A DNA stretch of 64,000 nt from an uncultured Acidobacteriota bacterium (GTDB taxonomy: Bacteria > Actinomycetota > Acidimicrobiia > Spongiisociales > ZC4RG35), in the NCBI GenBank assembly GCA_963828465.1, contig CAWHEU010000018.1:192001-256000 (forward strand), written 5' to 3'. The notes under the pieces are model-generated. The model worked only from the letters and a program-made list of their open reading frames with translations. It had not been told where the DNA came from and did not search any database. Within the stretch, counting starts at the first letter, position 1. Each line of letters starts with the position of its first letter. Below, in pieces: positions 1-8,918 of this stretch. The position numbers and the translations under genes are program-made.

Positions 1-13
1 TACCGTCGTTCGC

Positions 14-1156
14 ATGACCGCGGAGATCAGTTCCTTCCGCATCGACGTCCCCCAAGAACAGCTCGATGACCTACATCGGCGACTTGACTCCACTCGCTGG
101 CCCGACGAGGTTCCCGGCGTGGGATGGGCACAGGGCATCCCGCTCGACTACACCAGGGGACTGGCCGACTACTGGCGGACCACGTACGACTGGCGGGGCG
201 AGGAGGCTCGGCTCAATTCGTTCCCACAGTTCCGCACCGAGATCGACGGCCACCTCCTGCATTTCATCCACGTCCGCTCGGCGGAGCCCGATGCAATGCC
301 TTTGGTGCTCACGCACGGATGGCCCGGGTCGATCGTGGAATATCTCGACGTGATCGGGCCGCTGGCCGACCCGGTAGGGCACGGCGGCTCCGCGCAAGAC
401 GCGTTCCACGTCGTCGTGCCGACAATCCCTGGATACGGCCTATCCGGCCCCGCCGTCGGCTGGTCGACTGCACGAGCAGCGCGGGCGTGGGCCGAGCTCA
501 TGAGCCGCCTCGGATATGACCGTTACGTCGCGCACGGAGAAGACACCGGCGCCGCCATCTCACGCGAGTTGGCGGTTATCGATCCCGAACACGTCGCGGC
601 GCTGCATCTGACGATGATCGCGTCGGCCACCGTCACCGCCGAAACCGCCGACCCCGACAATCCGGCCGAACAACGGGCCGTGCAGATCGCTCTCCGCACC
701 CAGTACCAACTCGGCGCGTACGCGTTGCTGCAGGCCAGCCGCCCGCAAACGTTGTCCTACACGCTCACCGACTCACCGGTGGGGCAGTTGGCCTGGATCG
801 TCGAACGATTCAAGGACTGGACCGACTCGACCGACGCACCCGAGGATGCCGTGGACCGCGATGCCATGCTCACCAACGTCATGATCTATTGGTTGAGCGG
901 CACCGCCGGCTCGTCGGCCCGGTACTACTACGAAGGTGCTGCCACCTGGGGCAGACCCGAACCTGAAATCGATGTGCCCGTTGCCGTCGCGGTCATGCCC
1001 CACGATATCGGCCACCCCGTCCGCCGCATCGCCGAGCAGAACCACAACATCGTGCGCTGGACGGAATTCGACAGGGGCGGCCACTTCGCCGCCATGGAGG
1101 AACCCGACCTCATAGTCGCCGACCTGCGTGCCACCTTCCGCGATTACCGCAAGTAG
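14..1156 (+). CDS. Epoxide hydrolase (EHN domain + alpha/beta hydrolase)
   Basis: N-terminal FRIDVP..LDDLHRRL..TRWP, HGWPGS oxyanion motif, HGEDTG nucleophile Asp, C-terminal GGHFAAMEEP. Confidence 0.92.
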   Translation: MTAEISSFRIDVPQEQLDDLHRRLDSTRWPDEVPGVGWAQGIPLDYTRGLADYWRTTYDWRGEEARLNSFPQFRTEIDGHLLHFIHVRSAEPDAMPLVLTHGWPGSIVEYLDVIGPLADPVGHGGSAQDAFHVVVPTIPGYGLSGPAVGWSTARAARAWAELMSRLGYDRYVAHGEDTGAAISRELAVIDPEHVAALHLTMIASATVTAETADPDNPAEQRAVQIALRTQYQLGAYALLQASRPQTLSYTLTDSPVGQLAWIVERFKDWTDSTDAPEDAVDRDAMLTNVMIYWLSGTAGSSARYYYEGAATWGRPEPEIDVPVAVAVMPHDIGHPVRRIAEQNHNIVRWTEFDRGGHFAAMEEPDLIVADLRATFRDYRK

Positions 1157-1221
1157 ACAACCGGCTCGGCCGATCGACGGCGGAGGCAGGTGGTCCCAAA
1201 GCCGAGACTACGTTTCAACTC

Positions 1222-1566
1222 ATGGACACTCGATCCACCGTCATGGATTGGGACAGGGCGCTGCGCGATTCGGACTGGGCGAAGGCCCGGTTACTCCTGG
1301 CCGATGAAGCCACCTACGTCGCCTCAGACCCACCGATCAATTGCTCGAGTGCAGACGAGATCATCGATCTGATGCGGTCGTTCAAGGGCGTCAACCCCGA
1401 CATCGAGTTGATCGATCTCGAGGCGATCGGCGACCACGCCGTCGCCAGCCTCAGGCAACCAGCCTGGGATTGGCAGTGGTTTCAGCTCATCACCGTCGAC
1501 GGCGAACACATCGTTCGTCTCGAGGACTTCGTCACCCGGGAGGCGGCTCTGGCCGCCGCTGAATGA
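1222..1566 (+). CDS. SnoaL/NTF2-like fold protein
   Basis: 114 aa; ends ITVDGEHIVRLEDFVTREAALAAA, typical of SnoaL-like proteins; TACGTT -10 box 7 nt before ATG. Confidence 0.65.
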   Translation: MDTRSTVMDWDRALRDSDWAKARLLLADEATYVASDPPINCSSADEIIDLMRSFKGVNPDIELIDLEAIGDHAVASLRQPAWDWQWFQLITVDGEHIVRLEDFVTREAALAAAE

Positions 1567-1604
1567 GCTCGCCCATGGCCCTCACCGAGGTCACCGTTCG
1601 ATCT

Positions 1605-1631
1605 GGAAACTCAGTCAGCCCGATAGACGTT
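1605..1631 (+). promoter_or_regulatory. Possible ECF-sigma promoter GGAAAC-N17-CGTT
   Basis: GGAAAC at 1605-1610 and CGTT at 1628-1631, upstream of the lipoprotein at 1667. Confidence 0.3.
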
Positions 1632-1666
1632 CTAGACCTGGAACACACTCTCGAGGGGGATCGAAA

Positions 1667-2203
1667 ATGAGATCCTGGGCATTACTTGCGGTAGGGGTCG
1701 CTCTGTTGATGATGAGTGGTGCCTGCGCTACGGAGACCGCTACGACGACCACACTGGGAGCCACTACGTCGTCCTCTTCGTCATCGACCACGGAGGACAC
1801 CGCTATCCAGACGACGACGTCGACGACGATCGAGATCTCTACGACGACGACGACCACCACCACCACCACACAATTGCCGACGACGACGCTCCCCGCGTTT
1901 CCACCGGAGCGCGAATCGCTCGAGCATGGGGCCGACACCTGGGTAGTAGTCCTCGCCGGGTCCGGCACGCCCGACGACCCGGTGCTGGCCGAAGCGATCC
2001 TGGCGGCAGAGGAGGCCGGATATACAACCGGTGCGACAGATTGTGACGATGGTGCGCCCGAGGCGTTGGGCCAACCGGACGGAAATTCGACGGTGAGCGT
2101 CTACCTCGAGAACGAGGCCGACGCCCTTGCCGCTCTACTTGCATTCGAAGCACGCGGAGTCAGCGGGGTGGTCGCGCAGGTGCAGACCTTCTGTCTCGAC
2201 TGA
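1667..2203 (+). CDS. Putative lipoprotein with Thr/Ser-rich linker
   Basis: Signal peptide with lipobox-like MSGAC, poly-Thr linker, small C-terminal domain with 2 Cys; GAGGGGG RBS. Confidence 0.75.
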   Translation: MRSWALLAVGVALLMMSGACATETATTTTLGATTSSSSSSTTEDTAIQTTTSTTIEISTTTTTTTTTTQLPTTTLPAFPPERESLEHGADTWVVVLAGSGTPDDPVLAEAILAAEEAGYTTGATDCDDGAPEALGQPDGNSTVSVYLENEADALAALLAFEARGVSGVVAQVQTFCLD

Positions 2204-2206
2204 GGT

Positions 2207-3076
2207 TCAGCTGCCACTCAGGGAGAAATGCATCCAGTCTTTGAGCGAGCTCCAATGCCCTCCCCAACCCCAGCCGATCTCGGCGAAGGACTCCGTTGCG
2301 ACATCGCCTGGGACAATCATCCCGACCCGCACGTCCTCCCGGTCGACATAGGCCGACGCCAGTTCCGGTAGAACAAGGTCGCCTTTCAGATAGGGATTGT
2401 GGAACGGATTGATGTCGATGCCGGTCCCATATGCATGCTGCGACCACGACGTCGAACCCACGGCAGGGCGGCACACGAATGACGTCGTGTCGTTCCAGTC
2501 CCCTGTCGGGTGGGCATCTATCTCTTCCTTGGTGATGACCCGCATCTGCTCGATTGGGAACCGCGCCTCGTGAAGTCTCCGGAAGATCTCGACCACCTGT
2601 TCCGCGACGGCGGCGTTCACGATCATCTCCCCCGTGTGGAAACGCTGGTCGAATCCAAAGTGTGACATCGTCAGATAGGAAAGCTCGTCGAGGGTCACTG
2701 GGCACTCCGGAACCCAACTGGAGCGGGCCAGGACATCGGGTGGGATCGTGTCGATCGTCGAGTGAAAGCCCTCGTCGGCCGGCGGCGGGAGAACGTCGAG
2801 CGTCTCGAACTGCCTGTCCTGCATCTCCGGGGGAGTCGGCTGCACCACCCCAAACTCGTCGGGCCGAAGAGGCAGGAGCCTGGTGCCCATCCAGTCGGGG
2901 CGGGCATAGGGGTTGATGGTGGTGGTCGTAGCCATCGTGGTAGTCGTTGGGACGGTCGTCGTCGTGGTTGGCACCGTGGTTGTGGTCGTGGGGACGATCG
3001 ACGTGATGGAGACAGCGGTGGAGGTGGGTGCACACCCGGCCACGAGGACCAGGACGGCAACTAAGCCCCGTCGCAT
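2207..3076 (-). CDS. M15-family metallopeptidase lipoprotein
   Basis: Start reassigned to MRRGLVAVLVLVAGC (lipobox); Thr-rich linker; SQHAYGTGIDINP and DWMHFS M15 motifs. Confidence 0.85.
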   Translation of the reverse strand: MRRGLVAVLVLVAGCAPTSTAVSITSIVPTTTTTVPTTTTTVPTTTTMATTTTINPYARPDWMGTRLLPLRPDEFGVVQPTPPEMQDRQFETLDVLPPPADEGFHSTIDTIPPDVLARSSWVPECPVTLDELSYLTMSHFGFDQRFHTGEMIVNAAVAEQVVEIFRRLHEARFPIEQMRVITKEEIDAHPTGDWNDTTSFVCRPAVGSTSWSQHAYGTGIDINPFHNPYLKGDLVLPELASAYVDREDVRVGMIVPGDVATESFAEIGWGWGGHWSSLKDWMHFSLSGS

Positions 3077-3130
3077 GGCGTCGACGGTAACCGGGCCGGG
3101 GCGCAATCGATGGAGACGTAGGATTGGCCG

Positions 3131-3550
3131 ATGACTGCGGTCAGCCAGGCTGTTCGGGACTTTCTCGCCACCGGCCCTCTGGGTCACGTGGTGACACTGA
3201 ATCCAGACGGCACACCCCACATCACGCTGGCCTGGGTTGGCGTGGATGGTGACGAGCTGGTCTGGTCCACATTCTTCGATCAGCACAAGCTCGAATCGTT
3301 GCGAGCCGACCCCCGGATCACGATTTCCTTCCAGGCCAACGAGCACAGCGGCGAAGGGCTACATCCATACCTGGTAGCCAACGGCACCGCCCGGATCACC
3401 GAGGGTGGGGCGATGCACGTGATGGACCGGCTGGCGGAGGCGTACATCGGGCCGGGGGCCGTGTTCCCCAATCGGGACATGCCCGACGGTTTCACCATTC
3501 ATGTCGAAGTGGAGCGGATCTACGGCCTAGGCCCCTGGGCGCAGCGGTAG
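3131..3550 (+). CDS. PPOX-class (F420-dependent) oxidoreductase
   Basis: VTLNPDGTPH..W, KLESLRADPRITISF, LAEAY pattern. Confidence 0.85.
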   Translation: MTAVSQAVRDFLATGPLGHVVTLNPDGTPHITLAWVGVDGDELVWSTFFDQHKLESLRADPRITISFQANEHSGEGLHPYLVANGTARITEGGAMHVMDRLAEAYIGPGAVFPNRDMPDGFTIHVEVERIYGLGPWAQR

Positions 3551-3572
3551 TTTCCGGACGAGGAGGAACCGC

Positions 3573-3797
3573 ATGTCATCCATCACCAAAACCATCAGGT
3601 TGTCGGGCCAGGCCGCCGACTCGATCGAGGATGCCGTCAGGACAGTCCTGGCCCGGGCAGCCTCGACCATCTCGGACATCCAGAACTTCAGGATCGTGGA
3701 GGTCGGAGGCTCGGTAGACGACTCAGGGGTTCCTACCCAGTTCAGCGTGACCCTCGACATCACCTTCGGGATCAAGGACCCGGTCGAGCATGGCTGA
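3573..3797 (+). CDS. Dodecin-family flavin-binding protein
   Basis: KTIRLSG..SIEDAV..LARASSTI..F.V.LDITF; GAGGAGG RBS. Confidence 0.8.
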   Translation: MSSITKTIRLSGQAADSIEDAVRTVLARAASTISDIQNFRIVEVGGSVDDSGVPTQFSVTLDITFGIKDPVEHG

Positions 3798-4281
3798 TCC
3801 AATTCTCACCGATCATGAGATCAAATCCCTGGAGCGACAGTCGAGTCTGGCCGTGCGGGTTCGAGTGCCTATGGATCAGCTCGACCTTGGGGCGCTATTC
3901 GCCGCCCATCTCCCCCGACTCCATGCCGTTGCCGCCGACGGCGGCCCACCGTATGGCAGGTACCACGAGTTCGGCCCAACCCAGGCCGATATCGAGATCG
4001 GAATCCCCGTCGGCGCCATCTCGCCCGATCTCCCTGATCTCGGGGGCGGTGAGCACCCGATAGAGCCATCCGAGCTCCCGGGCGGGCCGACAGCCGTTGC
4101 CATCCATCACGGGAGCTACGAGACTCTCGGTCCCGCCTACGACCGGCTCCACGATTGGATTCATTCTCAGGGTCACGAGGAAGGCCCCGGGCCGTGGGAG
4201 TCGTATCTCGACCTTCCCGATCAGGTGGAAGACGAAGCAAGCCTTCGGACGGTGTTGCACTGGCCTCTCCTGGAGGCATGA
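3790..4281 (+). CDS. GyrI-like small-molecule-binding domain protein
   Basis: LPGGPTAVAIHHGSYETLGPAYDRLHDWI...GPWESY. Confidence 0.85.
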   Translation: MADPILTDHEIKSLERQSSLAVRVRVPMDQLDLGALFAAHLPRLHAVAADGGPPYGRYHEFGPTQADIEIGIPVGAISPDLPDLGGGEHPIEPSELPGGPTAVAIHHGSYETLGPAYDRLHDWIHSQGHEEGPGPWESYLDLPDQVEDEASLRTVLHWPLLEA

Positions 4282-4300
4282 CCGCGCCGAGGCGCTGCAT

Positions 4301-5287
4301 ATGAATGTCCCCATCCCCGAGCCCGCGTCACTGGGCCACGGGATCCACCTGATCCCGGCACCACTTCCCTTCAAGAGCCCGGCCTGGGTCAACACCTACG
4401 CCATCGAGGCAGACGGGGGAATCCTCCTCCTCGACTGCGGGACGGATTGGGAGCCGGGACGGCAAGCAATTCGTGATGGATTCCGCCGGCTCGGTCTGGA
4501 CGAGTCGGCAGTGCACACGCTGGTCGTATCACATCTCCACCTCGATCATGTCGGCATGTCGGCTCGACTGGTCAAGGAGTTGGGCTGCAGGTTCGTGATG
4601 CACGAGAGGGCCGCCAAACTGGTCGATCGGTACAACGACACACCGGGGTACGTCGATCGCCTCCTTCGCATCGGCCGCACTCATGGTGTCCCTTCTCGTG
4701 TGCTGGGCTCGGTTACCGGCGACCTGGCCACCCGCCCCGAGTACATGCCGCTCATCGATCCTCCCGATCACACGGTGGCCGATGGTGAGCGAATCGATAT
4801 CGGCGACGGACGCTCGCTCGAGGTGATTCATACGCCCGGGCACGAGCCTGCCCATATATGCCTGCGAGACTCGAGGACTGGGATCCTTTTCTCCGGTGAC
4901 CACGTGTTGCCCCGCATCTCCCCGGTGATCATGTGGGACGAAGACCTCGGCGACCCTCTCGGCAGCTATCTGGCATCTCTCCAAAAGCTCCTCGGTATGA
5001 ATCCCGGCATCACCTACCCGGCACATGGCACTCTGATCGACCGCGGCGACGAGAGGGCACGACAGATCCTTCTCCATCACGATCGCCGGCTTCTCGACAT
5101 GGCCGAGTTGGTCCGATCAGCCGACACCACGGCGTGGGAGGTGATGCTCAAGTCCTTCCGCCCCAATCTGACCCCGTTAGAAGCGAGGCTGGCTTTCTTG
5201 GAGACCGTCTCCCACCTCGAGCATCTGAGGTTGACGGGGAGACTCCAGACCGACCAGCGCGACGGGACCGTGGTCTTCCGCCGCTGA
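4301..5287 (+). CDS. MBL-fold metallo-hydrolase
   Basis: SHLHLDH, TPGH, FSGDHVL and PAHG motifs; start reassigned from 4097 to ATG 4301. Confidence 0.88.
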   Translation: MNVPIPEPASLGHGIHLIPAPLPFKSPAWVNTYAIEADGGILLLDCGTDWEPGRQAIRDGFRRLGLDESAVHTLVVSHLHLDHVGMSARLVKELGCRFVMHERAAKLVDRYNDTPGYVDRLLRIGRTHGVPSRVLGSVTGDLATRPEYMPLIDPPDHTVADGERIDIGDGRSLEVIHTPGHEPAHICLRDSRTGILFSGDHVLPRISPVIMWDEDLGDPLGSYLASLQKLLGMNPGITYPAHGTLIDRGDERARQILLHHDRRLLDMAELVRSADTTAWEVMLKSFRPNLTPLEARLAFLETVSHLEHLRLTGRLQTDQRDGTVVFRR

Positions 5288-5288
5288 G

Positions 5289-5314
5289 GGTTTCTCGCTT
5301 CAACTCGACGGGTA
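5289..5314 (+). promoter_or_regulatory. SigF/SigB-type general-stress promoter GGTTT-N16-GGGTA
   Basis: GGTTT at 5289-5293, 16-nt spacer, GGGTA at 5310-5314, followed by GGAGG RBS at 5333-5337. Confidence 0.6.
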
Positions 5315-5342
5315 AATCAGGTCAACGACAACGGAGGAATGC

Positions 5343-5507
5343 ATGCCCGTACACCGCGGCAAGGACGGCAAGGGCCCCTTCTACTAGTGGGGCGACTCAG
5401 GCAAGAAGTACCACTATCAGGCCGGGGAGAAGAGGAGCCGAGAGTCCGCCAAGCAAAAGGCAACGAAGCAGGGTCAGGCGGCCAGGGCCTCTGGCTACAA
5501 GGGCTGA
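5343..5507 (+). pseudogene. Small basic protein (54 codons) interrupted by an in-frame TAG at 5385-5387
   Basis: MPVHRGKDGKGPFY*WGDSGKKYHYQAGEKRSRESAKQKATKQGQAARASGYKG*; strong RBS and promoter; GC3-rich codons on both sides of the TAG. Confidence 0.65.
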
Positions 5508-5513
5508 GCATTT

Positions 5514-5560
5514 TCTCCCCCTGAAGGGGGGAGTACCGGCGGAGCCGGGGAGGGGGGAGA
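5514..5560. repeat. REP-like double-hairpin palindrome between convergent genes
   Basis: CTCCCCC-TGAAG-GGGGGAG followed by CCGGC-GGA-GCCGG and a G-rich tail. Confidence 0.45.
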
Positions 5561-5561
5561 T

Positions 5562-6296
5562 TCATCCCTCGAGCAGGTGGACGCCGTAAGCAACCACGAA
5601 ACCGACAACCGTCAAGACGCCTACGGGCCTGCCCGCGTGCTCGTATGCCTCGGGCATCATCGACATGGCGAGCATAGTGAGCACCGCGCCGCCAGAGAAG
5701 GCGTAGACGAACGAGATGACGTCGGTCGACGCGCCATCGAGGAGCAGATAGCCGGCCGCAGCGGCGAGGCCACAAGCCAGGACTACGGCTCCCCAGATCT
5801 CCAGAACCAACGAGCGCCTCCAGCCACCTTCGATCAGAGTCGTCGTCGCGGCGATCCCCTCCGGAAGGTTGGAGATGAAGACCGCCACCAACATCGCGAC
5901 ACCGATCTCGTTGGTCTGGAGCAGCGTCAGGCCGAGCACCGCGGTCTCCGGCACCCCGTCCAGCAGTGCACCGAGGAGGATCGACAGACCGGCTCCCTCT
6001 TCCGCGTTCGGCATCACGTTGCCCTGACGTCGTCGCTGGAATCGCCCGATGAGCATGTCGCCGAGGGTGAAGGCCGCTGCTCCGGCGAAAATGCCAAGGA
6101 CGACCGCCCAGGGGCCGCCGCCAACCTCGGTCGCCTCGCCTATCAGTTCGTACGCAACGGCGCTGAGCAGGACACCGGCCCCGAAGGCCATGATCAGGCC
6201 CAAGGTTCGGCGGTGTGGTGGGCGGCCCAACGCCACCAGGGCGCCGATCAGAAGCGAACTGGCCGCAAACAGACCCCAGAGAAATGCCTCGGTCAC
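5562..6296 (-). CDS. ZIP-family metal transporter
   Basis: MAFGAGVLLSAV, LLDGVPE, VFISNLPEG, MMPEAY motifs. Confidence 0.88.
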   Translation of the reverse strand: MTEAFLWGLFAASSLLIGALVALGRPPHRRTLGLIMAFGAGVLLSAVAYELIGEATEVGGGPWAVVLGIFAGAAAFTLGDMLIGRFQRRRQGNVMPNAEEGAGLSILLGALLDGVPETAVLGLTLLQTNEIGVAMLVAVFISNLPEGIAATTTLIEGGWRRSLVLEIWGAVVLACGLAAAAGYLLLDGASTDVISFVYAFSGGAVLTMLAMSMMPEAYEHAGRPVGVLTVVGFVVAYGVHLLEG

Positions 6297-6297
6297 G

Positions 6298-8826
6298 TCA
6301 GTTGGCGCTCAGCACTGATTCGACCGCAAACTCACCCTCGGAGTACAGAACCTCCCCGGCTCGAGCTGCCGCCTTCAGGTCGTCCTCCGCCTGTCGGACC
6401 TGCTCGATCGACTCCAGGCCGGCCGAGACCGACACCGAATCCACCTCGGCCCGCATCGAGACCTTGGCATCCGACTTGGCCTTCCGCACCGCGGAAAGGA
6501 CCGCACCGGTCTCAATCAGGACCGCAGGGTCCCCGGAATGAGGCGCAAGTTCCTCGACACTGGGCCAGCCTGCCCGATGAACCGACCCGTCTCTCCACCA
6601 GGACCAGACCTCCTCGGTCACAAAGGGCAAGAAGGGGGCAAAGAGTCGCACATACACCCCCAGCGCCAATTGCAGCGCGGCATGAGCCGATGCGCCCTCG
6701 CTCCCACCCTCGTACGCCCGCCCCTTGACCAGCTCGAGATAGTCGTCGGTCCAGGTCCAGAACGACCGCTCGACGATCTCGAGGGCACGGGCATAATCGA
6801 ACGCTTCGAACGCGTCGGTCGCCCGCTCTACCACCTTGGCAAGGGCGGCCAGCATCGAGCGATCGAGTGGCGCCGATATGGCCGACGGCTCCACATCTTC
6901 GGCGAACCCCAGGGCGAAGCGTGACGCGTTCAGGATCTTCGTGGCGAGACGCCTCCCGATCTTCATGACACCGTGGTCGACGGCGGTGTCGGTGCCGGGA
7001 CGGCCGTTGCAGGACCAGTAACGGACCGCCTCCGCACCGTGCTCTTCGATCAGGTCGTGGGGTGTGATCACGTTTCCCTTGGACTTGGACATCTTCTTTC
7101 TGTCCGGGTCGAGCACCCAGCCATTGATCGTGGCGTGGGCCCATGGCAGGGCATCGTGCTCATAATGCGAGCGGACGATGGTGGAGAAGAGCCACGTGCG
7201 GATGATCTCAGGGCCCTGGGGCCGAAGATCCATCGGGAAGACTCTCGAGAAGAGGTCGGGATCGTCCTCCCAGTGCCCGGCGATCTGGGGGGTGAGAGAC
7301 GACGTGGCCCAGGTGTCCATGATGTCCGGATCCCCCACAAAACCTCCTGATTGGCCCCTCTGCCCCTCATCGAAGCCGGGGGCGGTGGCCGAAGTGGGGT
7401 CCATGGGCAGTGACGCCTCGTCAGGGAGAATCGGGTGGTCGTGGTCGACCGCCCCGTCGGCACTCACCGGGTACCAGACCGGGATGGCTACGCCGAAGAA
7501 CCGCTGCCTCGAGATAAGCCAGTCCCCGGTCAACCCGTTGACCCAGTGCTCGTAACGAACCTGCATGAAGTCCGGCACCCAATCCAGCTCGGAGCCGCGT
7601 TTCAGGAACTGCGAGCGCAGCTCTTGGTCCCGGCCACCGTTGCGGATGTACCACTGCCGGCTGGAGACGATCTCGAGAGGGCGGTCGCCGTTCTCGTAGA
7701 ACTTGACTGGATGGGTGATTGGACGCGGCGGACCATCGAGATCGGCCGACTCGGCGAGGAGCTCCTCCATCCGCTTCTGGGCCTGATTGGGGTAGAGCCC
7801 GGCGATCTGCCGGTAAGCCTCACGACCCGACTCGGAGTCGATCCACTCCGGCACCTCTTGAAGGAGACGGCCCGTCTGCTGGATCAGGGCGCGGGTGGGC
7901 AAATCGAGCTCCCGCCACCACGTCACGTCGGTGGTGTCGCCCCATGTGCAGATCATGGCGATGCCACTCCCCTTCTCCGGGTCCGCCAGATGATGCGACA
8001 CGATCGGAAGCTCGACCTGGAAGAGCGGGGAGCTAACGGTCGTTCCGAAAAGCGCCTGGTAGCGCTCGTCCTCGGGGTGAGCGACCAGGGCGACGCAGGC
8101 GGCGATCAGCTCGGGTCGCGTGGTCTCGATGTAGAGCGGGGAACCGTCCGGTTTCCGGAACGCCACCCGGTAGAAGGCGGCGGGACGTTCCCTGTCTTCC
8201 AGCTCGGCTTGGGCGATCGCCGACTTGAAATCGATATCCCAGAGCACCGGTGCCTCCTGGGAGTAGGCCTCACCCCGGGCCAGGTGGTGAAGGAATGCCT
8301 TCTGGCTGGTGCGCTGGCTATGGGGATCGATGGTGGCATAGCTCTGAGTCCAGTCGACGGACAACCCGAGCGTTCGCCAGAGGTCTTCGAAGACCTTCTC
8401 GTCCTCGGCGGTAAGACCGTGGCACAGCTCTATGAAGTTCCGTCTGCTGATCGAGAGCGGCGGATCGGATGGCTCATCAGGCGGGGTGAAGTCAGGGTCG
8501 TAGGGCAGGGTCGGGTCGCAACGCACCCCGTAGAAGTTCTGCACCCGCCGCTCGGTAGGGAGGCCATTGTCGTCCCATCCCATCGGGTAGAAGACCTCGT
8601 TGCCTTTCATCCGGCGGTACCGGGCATGGGCATCGGTCTGGACGTACCCGAAGACCGATCCCATGTGGAGCGAGCCGGAGACGGTTGGGGGTGGAGTGTC
8701 GATCGAAAAGATCTCTGAGCGCCCCTTGGAGTGATCGAATCGATAGGTGCCCTCGGTCTCCCATCGCTCCATCCATTTGGCCTCGAGCCCTTCGAGGGCC
8801 GGTTTCTCCGGGATGTTCCTGGTCAT
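6298..8826 (-). CDS. valS: Valine--tRNA ligase
   Basis: IDTPPPTVSGSLHMG (HIGH-like), DWLISRQR, KMSKS; start reassigned to ATG 8826. Confidence 0.97.
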   Translation of the reverse strand: MTRNIPEKPALEGLEAKWMERWETEGTYRFDHSKGRSEIFSIDTPPPTVSGSLHMGSVFGYVQTDAHARYRRMKGNEVFYPMGWDDNGLPTERRVQNFYGVRCDPTLPYDPDFTPPDEPSDPPLSISRRNFIELCHGLTAEDEKVFEDLWRTLGLSVDWTQSYATIDPHSQRTSQKAFLHHLARGEAYSQEAPVLWDIDFKSAIAQAELEDRERPAAFYRVAFRKPDGSPLYIETTRPELIAACVALVAHPEDERYQALFGTTVSSPLFQVELPIVSHHLADPEKGSGIAMICTWGDTTDVTWWRELDLPTRALIQQTGRLLQEVPEWIDSESGREAYRQIAGLYPNQAQKRMEELLAESADLDGPPRPITHPVKFYENGDRPLEIVSSRQWYIRNGGRDQELRSQFLKRGSELDWVPDFMQVRYEHWVNGLTGDWLISRQRFFGVAIPVWYPVSADGAVDHDHPILPDEASLPMDPTSATAPGFDEGQRGQSGGFVGDPDIMDTWATSSLTPQIAGHWEDDPDLFSRVFPMDLRPQGPEIIRTWLFSTIVRSHYEHDALPWAHATINGWVLDPDRKKMSKSKGNVITPHDLIEEHGAEAVRYWSCNGRPGTDTAVDHGVMKIGRRLATKILNASRFALGFAEDVEPSAISAPLDRSMLAALAKVVERATDAFEAFDYARALEIVERSFWTWTDDYLELVKGRAYEGGSEGASAHAALQLALGVYVRLFAPFLPFVTEEVWSWWRDGSVHRAGWPSVEELAPHSGDPAVLIETGAVLSAVRKAKSDAKVSMRAEVDSVSVSAGLESIEQVRQAEDDLKAAARAGEVLYSEGEFAVESVLSAN

Positions 8827-8918
8827 CGGGCGGTGAGGGTACCGGCCCAGGATCACGAATCCGCACTGAGAAAGGCGGTCGTAACGCTCCCGGAACCCTG
8901 TCGAAGTAGCTTTGTGAC

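Noticed and set aside
1740-1890. Trinucleotide (ACG/ACC) runs as a contingency microsatellite
   Set aside because: Mixed synonymous codons encode an in-frame poly-Thr linker; this is a protein-level feature.
5385-5387. Genome-wide amber recoding or pyrrolysine
   Set aside because: Many normal genes here end in TAG (e.g. 1156, 3550, 17262, pnp) and no pyl genes are visible; only a local explanation remains.
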